Below, in pieces: positions 12,046 to 24,800 of a stretch of 64,000 nucleotides of DNA. The first letter of the stretch is position 1, and every line of letters begins with the position of its first letter. The translations under genes and the position numbers were made by a program. Source of the stretch: Azolla caroliniana (Eukaryota > Plantae > Polypodiophyta); contig JBHGNT010000003.1 in assembly GCA_043228905.1 (NCBI GenBank), positions 12,834,001 to 12,898,000 on the forward strand, given 5' to 3'. Below the pieces are notes generated by a model. The model was not told where the DNA came from and searched no databases. It saw nothing but the letters and a program-made list of their open reading frames with translations.

Positions 12046-15000
12046 AACTCCCCCTTCACTCCTGTAGGGGGAGAACCAACCAAGCCAATCTTATTCCGAC
12101 ATGCAACAAGTTTTTCCATAGGCAAAATTTTTGTGAGCATGTCTGAGCCATTTTCTTCAGTGGGGATCTTAGATAGAACAAACTCATTTTCTTCCACTCT
12201 TTCTCTTAACCAATGGTACCTTCTTTGAATGTGCTTTGTACGAGAGTGGTAGGTAGCATTTTTAGCTAGATGGATAGCACTTTGATTGTCACAATGAAGT
12301 AAGTACTTGTCTTGCTTCAATCCTAGTTCATTCAAGAACTCTCTCATCCAAATCAGTTCTTTTCCGGCTTCCACTGCAGCCATATACTCAGCCTCGGTGG
12401 TAGACAAAGCCACAACCTTTTGCAATCTTGATTGCCATGACACAACTCCCCCTGAATACGTCATCACATACCCTGATGTGGATCGGCTAGAATCTACATC
12501 ACCCGACATGTCAGAATCTGTAAAACCTTCTAGCACAGGTTTCCCGGAGCCATATCTAAGACATACATTCGAAGTTCCTTTGAGGTATCTAAGAATCCAT
12601 TTCACAGCTTCCCAATGCTCCCTTCCAGGATTTCCCATGTATCGACTAACTGTCCCGACAGCAAATGCAATGTCCGGCCTTGTGCAAACCATAGCATACA
12701 TAAGGCTACCAACCGCAGAGGCATACAACACTCTTCTCATCTCTGCCTTATCTTTCTCAGATTTCGGACATTGTCCTGAATTTAACTTACAGTCCATTGG
12801 CAATGGAGATCCGACTGATTTTGCATCGCACATATTAAACCTTTGCAAAACTTTTGTCACATATTTCTCTTGTGACAGCCATAACAAGTTTTCAGTCCTG
12901 TCCCGGACTATATGCATTCCCAAAATCTGTTTTGCCGGTCCTAAGTCTTTCATGGCAAATGATTTGCTCAATGATTTCTTCAAGCTTGCAATCTTTTTGA
13001 CATCCTGTCCAACAACCAACATATCATCCACATACAACAACAGAATAAGAAAGTCACCCTCATTATACCTTTTCACAAATACACAATGATCAGCTTGTGT
13101 TTTGTGGAATCCATGTTCCAACATGAAGGACTCAAATTTCTTATACCATTGTCGTGGAGCTTGCTTTAAACCATACAAGCTTTTCTTCAACCTACACACG
13201 AGATTTTCTTTTCCTTTTACCTCAAAGCCCTCCGGTTGTTGCATATATATTTCCTCTTCTAGCTCACCATGCAAGAAGGCTGTTTTAACATCTAGTTGTT
13301 CAATTTCAAGATTCATACTAGCGGCCATGCTCAAGACAGTCCGAATAGAGGTCATTTTTACAACTGGGGCAAAAATCTCATCAAAGTCAACACCCTTTTT
13401 CTGTTGGAAACCCTTTACGACGATACGGGCCTTATACCTGGGTGTACTACCATCTTCACCAGTCTTTAATTTGTAGACCCATTTGTTTCTAAGTGCCTTC
13501 TTACCATCAGGCAACTCCATCAGCTCATAAGTTAGGTTCTCATGCAAGGAATCCATTTCTTCTTGCATGGCATTATACCATTTCTCCTTGTGTACATCAG
13601 TCATGGCCTCTTCATAGCATTCTGGTTCCCCTTCATCAGTCAAGAGAACATATTGACTGGCTGGATATCTAGAAGAGACCTTCCTTTGTCTTCGTGGATA
13701 TCTTCTCCCTTCACTAATTGGCTGATGGCCGTTTTCTTCCAGCAACTCATCTTCCGACTCCAATTCGTGTGTATCAGTCAGATGTTGGGTGTCGACCGAC
13801 TCAGATTGTTGTTGGGTGTCGACCGACTCAAATTCAATTTCATTAGCCGATTGTTGTGTGGGAGTCGGATCGACTAGTATTGACTCCATAACAGTGATCG
13901 ATTTGGGAGACGACTCTAGTCTTTGTTGCTCCCAGTCCTCGATTGTCTTGTCTTCCATGAATATGACATCTCGACTTCTTATCACTTTCTTGTCAAGGAG
14001 ATCCCACATTCTGTACCCGAACTCATCTTCCGAGTACCCCAAGAATATACAAGGTTTGGACTTGCTGTCCAGTTTTGACCTCTGATCTTTAGCAACATGT
14101 ACATAGGCCAAACATCCAAACACCTTTAAGTGCTGATAAGACACATTTCTTCTTGTCCACACTCTTTGTGGTACATCCCCCTTCAAAGGCACTGATGGAG
14201 ACTTGTTTATGAGATAAACAGCCGTCAACATTGCTTCAGCCCAATATGATTTTGGCAATTTTGCATGTGCCAACATGCTTCTTACCCTTTCCATTATGGT
14301 TCGATTCATTCTTTCTGCTAGACCATTTAGCTCAGGTGTCTTCGGCACCGTATACTCAAGTTTGATGCCTTGAGTCTTGCAATACATCTCAAATTGGCCT
14401 CTATATTCGCCACCGTTATCTGTCTGGACAGCCTTCAGCTTCTGTCCGGATTCTCTTTCTGCCCTGGCATGAAACTCTTTAAAGACCGACAACACTTGGT
14501 CTTTAGACACCAACACATAAGCCCACACTTTCCTACTGAAGTCATCAATAAATGTGACAAAGTATTGTCCTCCACGATGAGATGGGGCATCAACATAACA
14601 TACATCGGTGTGAACCAACTCTAAGGCATGCTCTCTCCTCATTGGAGGCCTAGAGTGAAACGTTGTTCTATTTTGCTTTCTAGCCAGGCAATCCACACAC
14701 TTTTCCAAATGCACTCCTTTCACCTCTGGTAGGAAATCCTTTTCCGCAAGGATATGCATTCCCCTTTCACTCATATGTCCGAACCTTTTATGCCACAACT
14801 CACCATCTGAGCCAACCACTACATTTGCTTCCTCTCGACACAACTTCCCATGCATTACATATAGTGTGTTCTGTTTTTGGGCTCGAGCCACGATCAGGCT
14901 CCCTTTACAGAACTTCCATGAACCATTTTGGAAGCCACCGCTGTACCCTTCATCGTCTAGCCGTCCAGCTGATATCAAGTTCAACCTGACATCCGGAACA

Positions 15001-16073
15001 TGACGTACATCCTTCAACATTAACCTGCAGCCTGTAGATGTTAGCAAGCACACAGTTCCTATGCCCACAATCTTGCATTCCCCGTCATTTCCCATCTTTA
15101 CATGACCATAGTCACCCGCTATGTAGGATGAGAAACATTCTCTTTTGGGAGTTAGGTGAAATGATGCACCGGAATCCACTACCCATGAGCTCTCAGCACT
15201 TGCAAGATTCACACTAGCTTGTTCACATATGAACAACATCTCTTCCTCACTAGTTGCGATGGCTGAGGTATTTTTATCATCGGAGATTTTTCTAGGTTCG
15301 ATCTCATCAGCCATGCCTTTGTCCTTCCTAAGGTGTCAACAATTCTTTTGGAAGTGACCAGGCTTCCCACAATAAAAACATGTAGGTCTTCCTCTAGATT
15401 TCGACCTAAACCTATCCCCATTTTCTGGACTTCTATGTTCTCTTCTACCTCTACTAAATTCTTGGGTCACATTAGCCTCCGATTGAGATAAAGCACTTTT
15501 ATCCTTTCTTCTTGTCTCTTCATTTAGAATAGTCGTTTTTACTACTTGTAAGGATAAGTTGTCTTCTTTACATGAAGTGCTGAGTGTTACTATTAGGTTT
15601 TCCCAACTATCGGGTAGAGTACATAATAATAGTGTGGCCTGCATACAATCATCTAATGGGAACTTTGATGATGCTAACTAATTCACTAGTCCCATAAACG
15701 CACTAATGTGCTCTACTATACTCTCCCCGTCTACATACTTCAGTCTCACTATCTTCCTCATCAAGAAGGTCTTATTTAAGGCATTTTTCCTTTCATAGAG
15801 AGCGGAAAGCTTATGCCATAGCTCGAAGGCATTTGTGTCACTCGCTACATGTTGTAGGACACTAATGTCTACACATTGTCTTATGGTCGCCACTGCCTTC
15901 CTATTTAGGATTCTCCACTCCGAATCTATTACCCCCTTTGGTATATCCTTGTTTTCTATAGGCTCATACAAGTCTTTTACTATTAGGAGATCTTCCATTT
16001 TGATCTTCCAATCTGAATAGTTTTGTGAGTTCAAGACAATCATCCTAGGAAAGCCACTCACGCTCCCTTCCAT
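12036..16073 (-). pseudogene. Copia B single-frame gag-pol with two in-frame stops (15678 TAG, 15336 TGA)
   Basis: Three ORFs share one frame: NYSDWKIKM gag, CFYCGKPGHFQKNC, WVVDSGAS, LVHTDV, YVDD, GFTDSD. Confidence 0.95.
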
Positions 16074-16099
16074 CTAGAACCTATGCTCTGATACCAGTT

Positions 16100-16885
16100 T
16101 GAAAGAGTTTCACTCCGATTCGAAATTAGAAATTGAACTTAGACCCAAACAGGAAATAAGAAAGAACACACAATTTACATGGAAAACCCTGATTTAGGGA
16201 AAAACCACGGAACATAAATTTCACTATGAGAAATGACAGAATACAATCACAGAACAATGAAACCTGATTTGGTATGAGCATGTACTGTAACCACGATTTC
16301 AGTCAAGCTCTTCAAACTCTAGCACGCAGGTGACTATTCCTTCCGAAGCTTCCGAAGCTTCTCTGTCTTTTTCTCTTTTGCTTCACACTTCTTTTCTTCT
16401 TACTTAGCTTCTGAGTACGTATACTCTTACACAGCCACTACTGTGCAGAAAACCAGTCGTTCTCAAATTTACCACACACACACAACTCGTTTTTCTCTCA
16501 GATATATATATATATATATCTCACACCCTCACATACGCTATGTAGGTTTTCCCCTTTTCTCACTATTTCACTCTTAGTAAGTTATCCTGCATACAGGCGC
16601 ACTACCAGGCCTATTAGCATATATATACTAAGTCATTTTCTTCTTTGAATGTAGAAGACATATGTATATGTATATGTGTGTCTATTCGACTGAATACGAA
16701 TTTGACTCTCTCACCGAATTCAATCAGCTAACCCCCGATTCGGTTCTTCGCAACCGACTATTCTTTTACTTTCCGAATTTCGACCAAATTCGGTAATTCG
16801 GCTTTTTTGTCCGATTTCGACCAGTCGACACTCAAGTCGACTTTTCGGCCGACTTCCCCGCAAGGAGGGATGCCTTTACACAACA
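16100..16885 (-). repeat. Copia B 5' LTR
   Basis: Matches 11258-12045; adjacent PBS. Confidence 0.96.
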
Positions 16886-18208
16886 ATGATTAGTGGAGCT
16901 CAGACTGAAGCCACTCGATCTTGATTTCAGCAATTGCGGCCGTTTTTTTTTCCTTCGCTGTCATCGCCTGATGTGCTTCGACGTTCTTGCATAGGGCTGG
17001 GATTTCAGCTATGGAGGCGCCCTCTCTGGTGGTAGAGGATTTGGCTTCCTGTAGTTGTTGTTCTAATTGGGTGATCAAGTTCTGCACGTCCTACAGTTGC
17101 CGCTTAGTCTCTTTTGCCATTCGTCGTGCTTGCTTGCTTTTGTAGCCATGTCTTTCGCTCCCAAACACACCTGAGCCAATTCCCGGTGAACTTTGACCAG
17201 AGCCATTTTCAAGGCTGACAACTCGATCGCCATGTGCCCTCCATCGGCATGCCATTTGAAGCCGATTTTGCTTACGGCCTCTTCCTCCTCCGACTTTATC
17301 AATCCAGGTATAGCTTGTTGGATCATTTGACTTTCTGTGTGCTCTTCAACCATGCGCTTAGTCGCTACGATCTGTTGTGTGGCGAGGAATTCCACCAGTT
17401 CGAAAGTCATGCCGAACTAGAGAATGGCAACAAACTCGTGGACGACCGACAGAATTTCTCGATAACCGAGCACCTCGCTCTCTTGTATTAGGGACCCTTT
17501 GCCCCGTTGTAGCGTCCTAGTGAGCGTCGTTCCTTCTGCCACATCCGGAACAACTGTTGCTGTCTACTTGACAGCAACCGGTGCCTCCTTGGCCGGTTTC
17601 GTCGCGGCGTCTTTTGCCGAACCTTGGCCGTTTTTTCAATACAGTTGGCGTCGTTTCAGTTTTGGGCTTCGAGGAACCTCGTCCTGTTGTTGGTCGCTCG
17701 GTTGTCTGTCCTGCATCGCCGATACTGCCAGTCGAACCGGTGCTGTGGGTTGGCTATCTTCTTCGGCGGGCTGGTCGTTCTCCTCATCATGCCACTCAGT
17801 TGTACGGAGTCCACCAAGCTAAAGATTTTGGCTAGAATTTGGCGACTGAGATGGTGATGGGTCGGCCGCCGTTGGGGATGCATGCAGGCGACCTCCAATA
17901 GAAATTTGATGACATCGCAGAAGAAGATGTCCAGAGCCTTCTGAATTTTATACGCCTTTGCGGAGGTAGAATACTCCCTGAAATACTTCTCCAACACTGT
18001 GGTCAGAGGAATACCGAAACATCGATCTACAAGTGGACTCAGCCCCAACTTTTTTCTGATTGTGGCGTTGGTGATAGTATCCACATTAATATTTATACTG
18101 ATATCGTGGGCGTTGGGTGCGGTTGTGCATCAGCGACTTTGATATAACCGGCCAAGCCGCATTCGTGGAGCCATTGTTGTAGCGTAGGGGGGATATCTAT
18201 GGCCATGG
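16886..18208 (-). pseudogene. Gypsy H extra ORF, N-terminal part
   Basis: QQWLHECGLAGY...ITNATIRKKLGL...KYFREYSTSAKAY resembles KKWLRQHGLEGF...ITEEAIHALIGL...KYFGEYSLANKGY at 46443+. Confidence 0.7.
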
Positions 18209-18330
18209 CAACGAGAGGGTTGAGATCTACAGAAGGGTTATGTGTGTGTAGACGGTGAGGAGAGAATGGAGCAAAAGGTGCAAGGGAGTCTTCTACTCGA
18301 AAGTGTTGTTTTCAACGTCCGTTATCCAAT

Positions 18331-18426
18331 ATGGTCCTCTCCACTGGAGTTAAGCTTTCCCGACATCTAGCCCATGCATGGTCCTCTCCACTGGAATTAA
18401 GCTTTCCCGACATCTAGCCCATGCAT
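18331..18426. repeat. 47-bp tandem duplication
   Basis: atggtcctctccactgg(a/g)...catctagcccatgc twice, one mismatch. Confidence 0.9.
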
Positions 18427-18429
18427 GTT

Positions 18430-20629
18430 TGGAACATGTGTACGGCTTTGCCGATTTTGAATGCCTTTTCATTCCCCTGGCATGACCACCTCGAGCCCGA
18501 ACACTAATCTGAACAAAGTCGACTAGATATTGGTCTTAAAACTTGTCCGATAAGCCCCGAGAGCACTTTGGAGCTTCGTATCCTAGTCAGTTTGATTTTC
18601 ATTGACGATTTTCTTGAAGATATTCTGAAAAGTTTTATTCGTCGATTCGGCGAGTCCATTCACATGGGGATAGTACGGAGTACATTTTTTGTGAACTACT
18701 GCGTAGTGCTCCGTGAGTTCATGTACCACCTTATTGACGAAGTGCCCCCCTTTGATCACTGATCAGCTTGATGGGGCAACCGAAACAACACCGGATATGC
18801 TCGTACAAAATTTTTGTCGTGGACGTTGCTGTGTTGTTGCATAGTGCTTTTGTCTCCATCTATTTCATACAGTAATCGGTGGGGACGAGGATGTATTTGT
18901 TTCCCGTTCATGCCGCTACTGGGTTGAATGGGCCTCTGAAATGGTTACTAGGGCAGAACCGGTTGGTGTAGCATGAGGGCACGTTCGGACGGCTGCCCCA
19001 TTCGCTAGCATAGGTCGCACTGCTCACAATACATATTTGCGTCTTTCTGTGTTGTCGACCACCAAAGACCACTTTGCCATACTTTCTACACGGTCGTGTC
19101 GCCGATGTAGTGTCCACCGGCCACACCGTAGTGAACCTCGTGGAGGATGGCTGGTTTTTCATCACTATAGAAACATCGCCACTAGATGTCGTCGCCGCCT
19201 TTGTGGTACAAGATGTCCTGCAGGAGGCAAAAGTTCTGGCTGTGTATGGCCAATCGCTTGTTCTCATCTGTTCGCATTCGTGGGGGTGGCAATCTCGTGG
19301 TCAGAAAATAAACCATTTCCTCAAGCCGTTTGTCGTTTGGAAAGACCTTGTCCATTTCGACCATTGTCACAGAAACTCATAATACGTCGCCATTCGTAAA
19401 GTCATCATAAATGTCGTCAATTGCTTCGCCGGTCTTGAGGCGGCTTAAATAATTGGCAATGGCGTGCTGAGCTCCAGGCCTATGCTAGATGTCGAATTCA
19501 AATTCTTGAAGCAGCAACCTCCATCTTGCCAGTTTTCTCGTGAGGGATTGCTTAGATACTAGGTATAGTAAGTCCACATGGTCCACATGAAACACAAACT
19601 TCTAGCCGATTAGGTAGTGTTGAAACTTGTTTATCCTATAAGTCATACCTAATGCCTCGCGTTTGGTCCTCGAATAATAACGCTTAGTTGCCGAGAACTT
19701 CTGACTCATATAATAGACCAGTCGATACCAGTTCGGCTCTGTAAGTTGCATTAACGCGCAACCGATTGCAATGTGAAATGCATCGACGAAAACGTGGAAC
19801 GAACGTGTCCAATCTGGGGGTTGGACGACTAGTGCCTATGACAACATGACTTTCAAGGCCTAGTATGCCTTGTCCTCGATTTTAATCCATTAAAATGGTA
19901 TGTGATGTACCACCACATGTAATGGCATTGCAAAGCCGGTGAGGTAACGCAGCATCCGGCTGTGCCATCATATCTAACCAAGAAATCGACTAAGTGCCTT
20001 TGCGTTTTTTGGAGCCGGTGCATTGATTATCACCTTGATTTTCCCTGGGTCCACCATGATGCCTTTGGTTCTCACGATATGGCCTAAGATTGTCCCACTT
20101 GTCCCACCGAATGCACACTTGGCTAGGTTGAGGCTAATCCCCGCCTATCTACATCATCCTAAACATAATTGCAAGTGTCGTAGATGTTCGCGCTCGGTAC
20201 TATAAACCGCAAAACCTTTAAAGAATACTTGCATGAAGGACAGTCTATACTCATCGAATATCTCTGTGATTATCCTTTGAAATGTAGCCAGCCACCAAAC
20301 ATCCTTACCACAGCTACGAACACACCCCAGTCCATGACGAACGTCGTCCCCTCCTGATTGTCGCCGTGCATATGAATTTGGTTGTAGCCGCTAAACCCAT
20401 CTAAAAGGTTGTATATCTCGTGTTCGGCTAGGACATCCAGCACCCCATCGGTGAATGGAAGGGGAAATGAATTGGTGAGGGTCACAACATTTAATTTCCT
20501 ATAATCGACGGAAACCCAAAGCTTTCCGTTTTTCTTTGGTACGACGAAGGTTAGACTCAGCGATGTCGCCTTCTTGACGGGATGAATCAATCCGATTTTT
20601 AATAATTTTATCAATTTCTTCCTTTATGC
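18430..20629 (-). pseudogene. Gypsy H degenerate pol (RT-RNase H-integrase)
   Basis: VVPKKNGKL..VDYRKLN..LDGFSGYNQI, ENKRLAIHSQNFCLL; many disruptions; same family as D/I. Confidence 0.88.
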
Positions 20630-21356
20630 TATCATGCCTTTCGGCGCTGGATTGTTGCGTGACTCAGGTGGGAACCGCTGGGGTTTTGGACTAGGAGGAG
20701 GAGAATTTTTAGACAAATAGGAATGTGAATAGATTATAAGAAAGAGATAGAAATTCGTGAATCCCACGAATATAGTGAATTAGTTTAACTTCATATTTAA
20801 AATCAAAGTGATAAATTGAAATAGTTTAGAATAGATTAGAGTAGATTGAGAAAAGATATTGAATCTTGTGAATCCCACAAGTATTATATTAATTAATATT
20901 TTGATTGTAATCAAAACCCAAGAATCCATCCTCATCAATACATCTTTTCTTCCCCCACATATAGTGATGGAAGAGGCTAAGTATAGCTTACCATATTGAA
21001 AACATCATGCTTTGTCTAAAGTGTTCATGCACATTAGATGTGCATGAATAGCTTTTCTTATCATTCTTTTCTTTTAATTATAGTGTTTATGCACGCTAGG
21101 TGTGCATGAGTAGCTTTTTCTATAAAACATTTTCTTTTACTATAGTTTTATGCACGCTACACGTGTATAAATAACTTTTTTTTCGAATTTATACTTTAAA
21201 GAGAACTTTTCTAGATACTCATGATGAGTTGGTACAATGGTTAGGTTTGAGTTTATTTACATGGAGGTATAGGGTTTGAATCTTGCCCTATGCAAGTAAT
21301 ATATTTCTTTTATTATTTTCTCCTTTTTCTTTATTTTTATTGAATTGGGTACTACG
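20630..21356 (-). repeat. Gypsy E 3' LTR (interrupted by Copia C)
   Basis: Highly similar to 51264-51920; start tatcatg is a decayed tgtcgtg. Confidence 0.8.
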
Positions 21357-21443
21357 TGTTGGAGAGAAGGTCGTGTCGATGCGGAAGATCAAGAAGCAAT
21401 CGATTAGGGTTGAATACCTGCGTATGACAGTTTGCAAGATCGT

Positions 21444-21483
<40 letters not shown>

Positions 21484-21670
21484 GCACAAAAGAACTTTTC
21501 TATTTCAATAAGACAATAATACAACCCAACCTTACAAAAAGGTTACAAGGTCACTTTATATAGTGACCGACTTAGGGCAACTACCATTTATGCTAATTAC
21601 ACAAATGGCCCAAACTTGATCTATACAAAGAGATAGTGTGAATACGTCCATTATACACTTGTATTCGACA
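21357..21670 (-). repeat. Copia C 3' LTR (contains GA microsatellite)
   Basis: TGTTGGA...TTCGACA, adjacent minus-strand PPT ctccccc 21671-21677. Confidence 0.85.
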
Positions 21671-21863
21671 CTCCCCCGTAATGGGCGTATACATGGGTTA
21701 TCTAAGATTACAGGTATAAACCTAGGTTCTCGGACATATCAGTTTTGTTCGAGTCGGCAGGGTCTGAAGGCAGAAGACCGGACTGGTCGGGTCGGAAGAG
21801 TTGAAGCCGATCATTAAGGAACTGATGTCGGTTGTCGGAAACCATCCTGCGCTGTGTCTGGCT

Positions 21864-24800
21864 CTAACCGGACTGATTTGTCGTTACGCCCATCTGATGC
21901 CGAAGGGACCGAAAGCGGTCTGCCGAAAGACACTTGGTCATTCCATCTGCGACATTGTCGGTTGTCGATATTTTCTCTAGACCGATTTTCCCTGAAATGA
22001 CGCAGTCCCGAACGAAGTGATATCGAACGTCGATATGTTTGGAGGCGTTGTGGTGAACCGGATTTCTCGACAAGGCAACAGCACCTTGACTGTCACTATA
22101 GACAATTGGGGCCGAGTCATGGTCGACTTGTCGGAACGTGTGCGCCTGCCGGCCGAGCCACAAAGCTTCTTTTGCAGCGTCGGACGCAGCTACATATTCT
22201 GCTTCGGTCGTTGAGGTCGCTGTGCACTCCTGAAGTTTCGACTTCCACGAAATTGCTCCATTGCCGAATTTGAAGCAGTATCCAGTTGTTGATTTCCGAC
22301 TGTCTATACAGCCGGCGAAGTCCGAGTCGGTGTAACCGACTACGCCTGAGGTTGAGTTCGGGCCGAAAAGAATGCCGTGATCTTTTGTGCCAGCCAGATA
22401 TTTGAACACATGCTTGACTGCGTTCCAATGCGATCGGCCAGGATTGTGCATAAATCTGCTAACGACTCCTACGGCATGAGAAATATCAGGCCGTGTCGCG
22501 ACCATCAGGTACATAAGGGAGCCGACTGCCGGTGCATACGGTACCGACTTCATATCTTCCCCCTCCGGACCGGATGTCGGGCAGTCTCGCTGAGAGAGCC
22601 GAAGATTCATGGGGAGCGGGGTTGAAGCAGATTTGGCTGATTGCATGTTGAAGCGTTCCAAGACACGTCCGATATAGTCGGTCTGAGACAAAAAAAGATG
22701 TCGTTTATCGCGATGCCGACTAATCTTCATGCCGAGTATGTGTCGTGCCGGACCGAGGTCCTTCATGGCAAACTTCAACCGCAGTTGCCGAATGAGATCG
22801 GCAAGTTCGCCCGCATGGCGTCCAGAAATTAGCATGTCGTCCACGTAAATGATGAGGAAGATAGGTGATCCATCTTGAGCTGTGTTGGTAAAAAGACAAT
22901 GGTCCTCATCGCTTTTTGAGAAGCCGATCGATTGGATGAAGTCATCGAACTTCTTGTACCATTGTCGCGGTGCCTGTTTGAGGCCGTATAGACTCTTCCT
23001 GAGTCGGCAGACTAGATGTTCTTGGCCAGTTGCCACGAAGCCTTTTGGCTGCTCCATATAAATTTCCTCTTCAAGATCACCATGGAGGAAGGCTGTTTTG
23101 ACATCTAGCTGAATCAGCTCCAAGTTGTCGGCTGCCACTACGCCGAGTAGAAAACGAAGGGTTGTCATTTTCACCACTGGTGAAAAAATCTCGTCGAAGT
23201 CGACGCCATATTCTTGTCGGAAGCCCTTCGCAACTAATCTGGCCTTGTACTTTGGGGTGGTCGAATCAGACGTCTCTTTTAGTCGATAAACCCACTTGCA
23301 AGGAAGAGCACGTCGATTCTTAGGTAATTCGACCAGATCCCAAGTCTTGTTTGCCCGAATGGAGTGCATTTCCGACTCCATCGCCAGATGCCAGGTGGCT
23401 GAATCGACAGATGTCGATGCTTCTTCGTAAGACGTCGGTTCGCCGGCGTCGGTGAAGAAAATTCCAAGAGAATACCTCTCCAGAGGTTGCGACAGTCTCT
23501 CGGATCGTCGAGGTATGATTGGACTGGTCGCATCGGGTATCGAGGTCGGATGGTCCGAAAGCGAATCATTCGGCTGTACCGAGTCGGAGTTGTCCGAGTC
23601 GGTAGTGTAAGGTGCAGCTACCCGTGAAGCTGACCGTGTGTTAAGAGCGGGGCCTTCTTGAAGGGTCGGCACATCGGAAAATGTTACCCTTCGGACTTCG
23701 ATCGGTGTTTCGACTGATGGAATCATAGCCGACTCGTTGAACACAATGTCCGAACTTCGAACGATTTGTCTGCGTTCGGGGTCCCAGAGTCGGTATCCCA
23801 TTTCGCCGTCTGATCCATATCCAAGGAAAATGCATTTCCTGGACCGAGGTGCAAGTTTTCGGCGATCATCTTTCGGAATAAGGGCGTACGCCTCGCATCC
23901 GAAGATCCTCAGCTTGTCGTAATTCGGCTTACTGCCGATCCATAGTTCCTGAGGGATTTGAAGTCCTAGAGGTCTGCTTGGCGACATATTGATTATGTGT
24001 ACTGCCGTGAGTAGAGCCTTTGCCCAGAAGCCATCCGACAGTCCGGAGTGTTGGAGCATGGAAACTATCCGTTCTTGGATTGTCCGATTCATGCGTTCTG
24101 CAATCCCGTTTTGCTCCGGACTGTGTGGTGCCGTAAATTCACGTCGGATGCCGCGTTGTCGGCAGAATTTGACGAATTCTTCTGATTTGAACTCTCCCCC
24201 ATTGTCGGTCCGAAAGCATTTCAGTTTTCGGTCGATTTGATTTTCTACCATAGCGAGCCAATCTGAGAAGATCGAGAAGACCCGATCTTTGGTGCGAATC
24301 GGATAAGCCCACACCTTTCGAGTCGAATCGTCAATAAAACTGACGAAGTAAGAGGCACCGCCGAGAGACTGATGCGGCATTGGGCCACAGACGTCCGAGT
24401 GGACTAAATCGAGAGGTCTCGTGTCTCTTGGTGCTGATGTCGGGTGTGATGCGGCTGCTTGTTTGCCATACTGGCAATGTTCGCAAAATTGATGGTCGGA
24501 GAAGGAGAGTTTAGGGATGTATCCGGCTCTAGATAGATGCGTAATGCCGGCCTTGCTGAGGTGTCCTAATCTTCTGTGCCATAGTGATGACACAGGAATA
24601 TCCACCAAAAACAGGTTACCCTCTCTGAGCGTAACAGGTAACGGATACAGTGAGTGTATCTTGGGTCCTCTAGCAAGCAGGAGGTTCCCCCTGTGGAGTG
24701 TCCACCCTCCCGAAGAAAAACCGGCACGAATGCCGTCTTCATCTAGTTGTCCGACTGAGATCAATGGTCTTGAGAGCTCGGGTACATGTCGGACATTGTG

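Larger units (their letters stand above)
11258..16885 (-). mobile_element. Ty1/Copia element B, full length (Tnt1/Tork-like, tentative), TSD ATGAT
   Basis: LTRs 11258-12045 and 16100-16885; TSD atgat 11253-11257 and 16886-16890; PBS-iMet 16085-16096; PPT 12048-12060. Confidence 0.97.
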
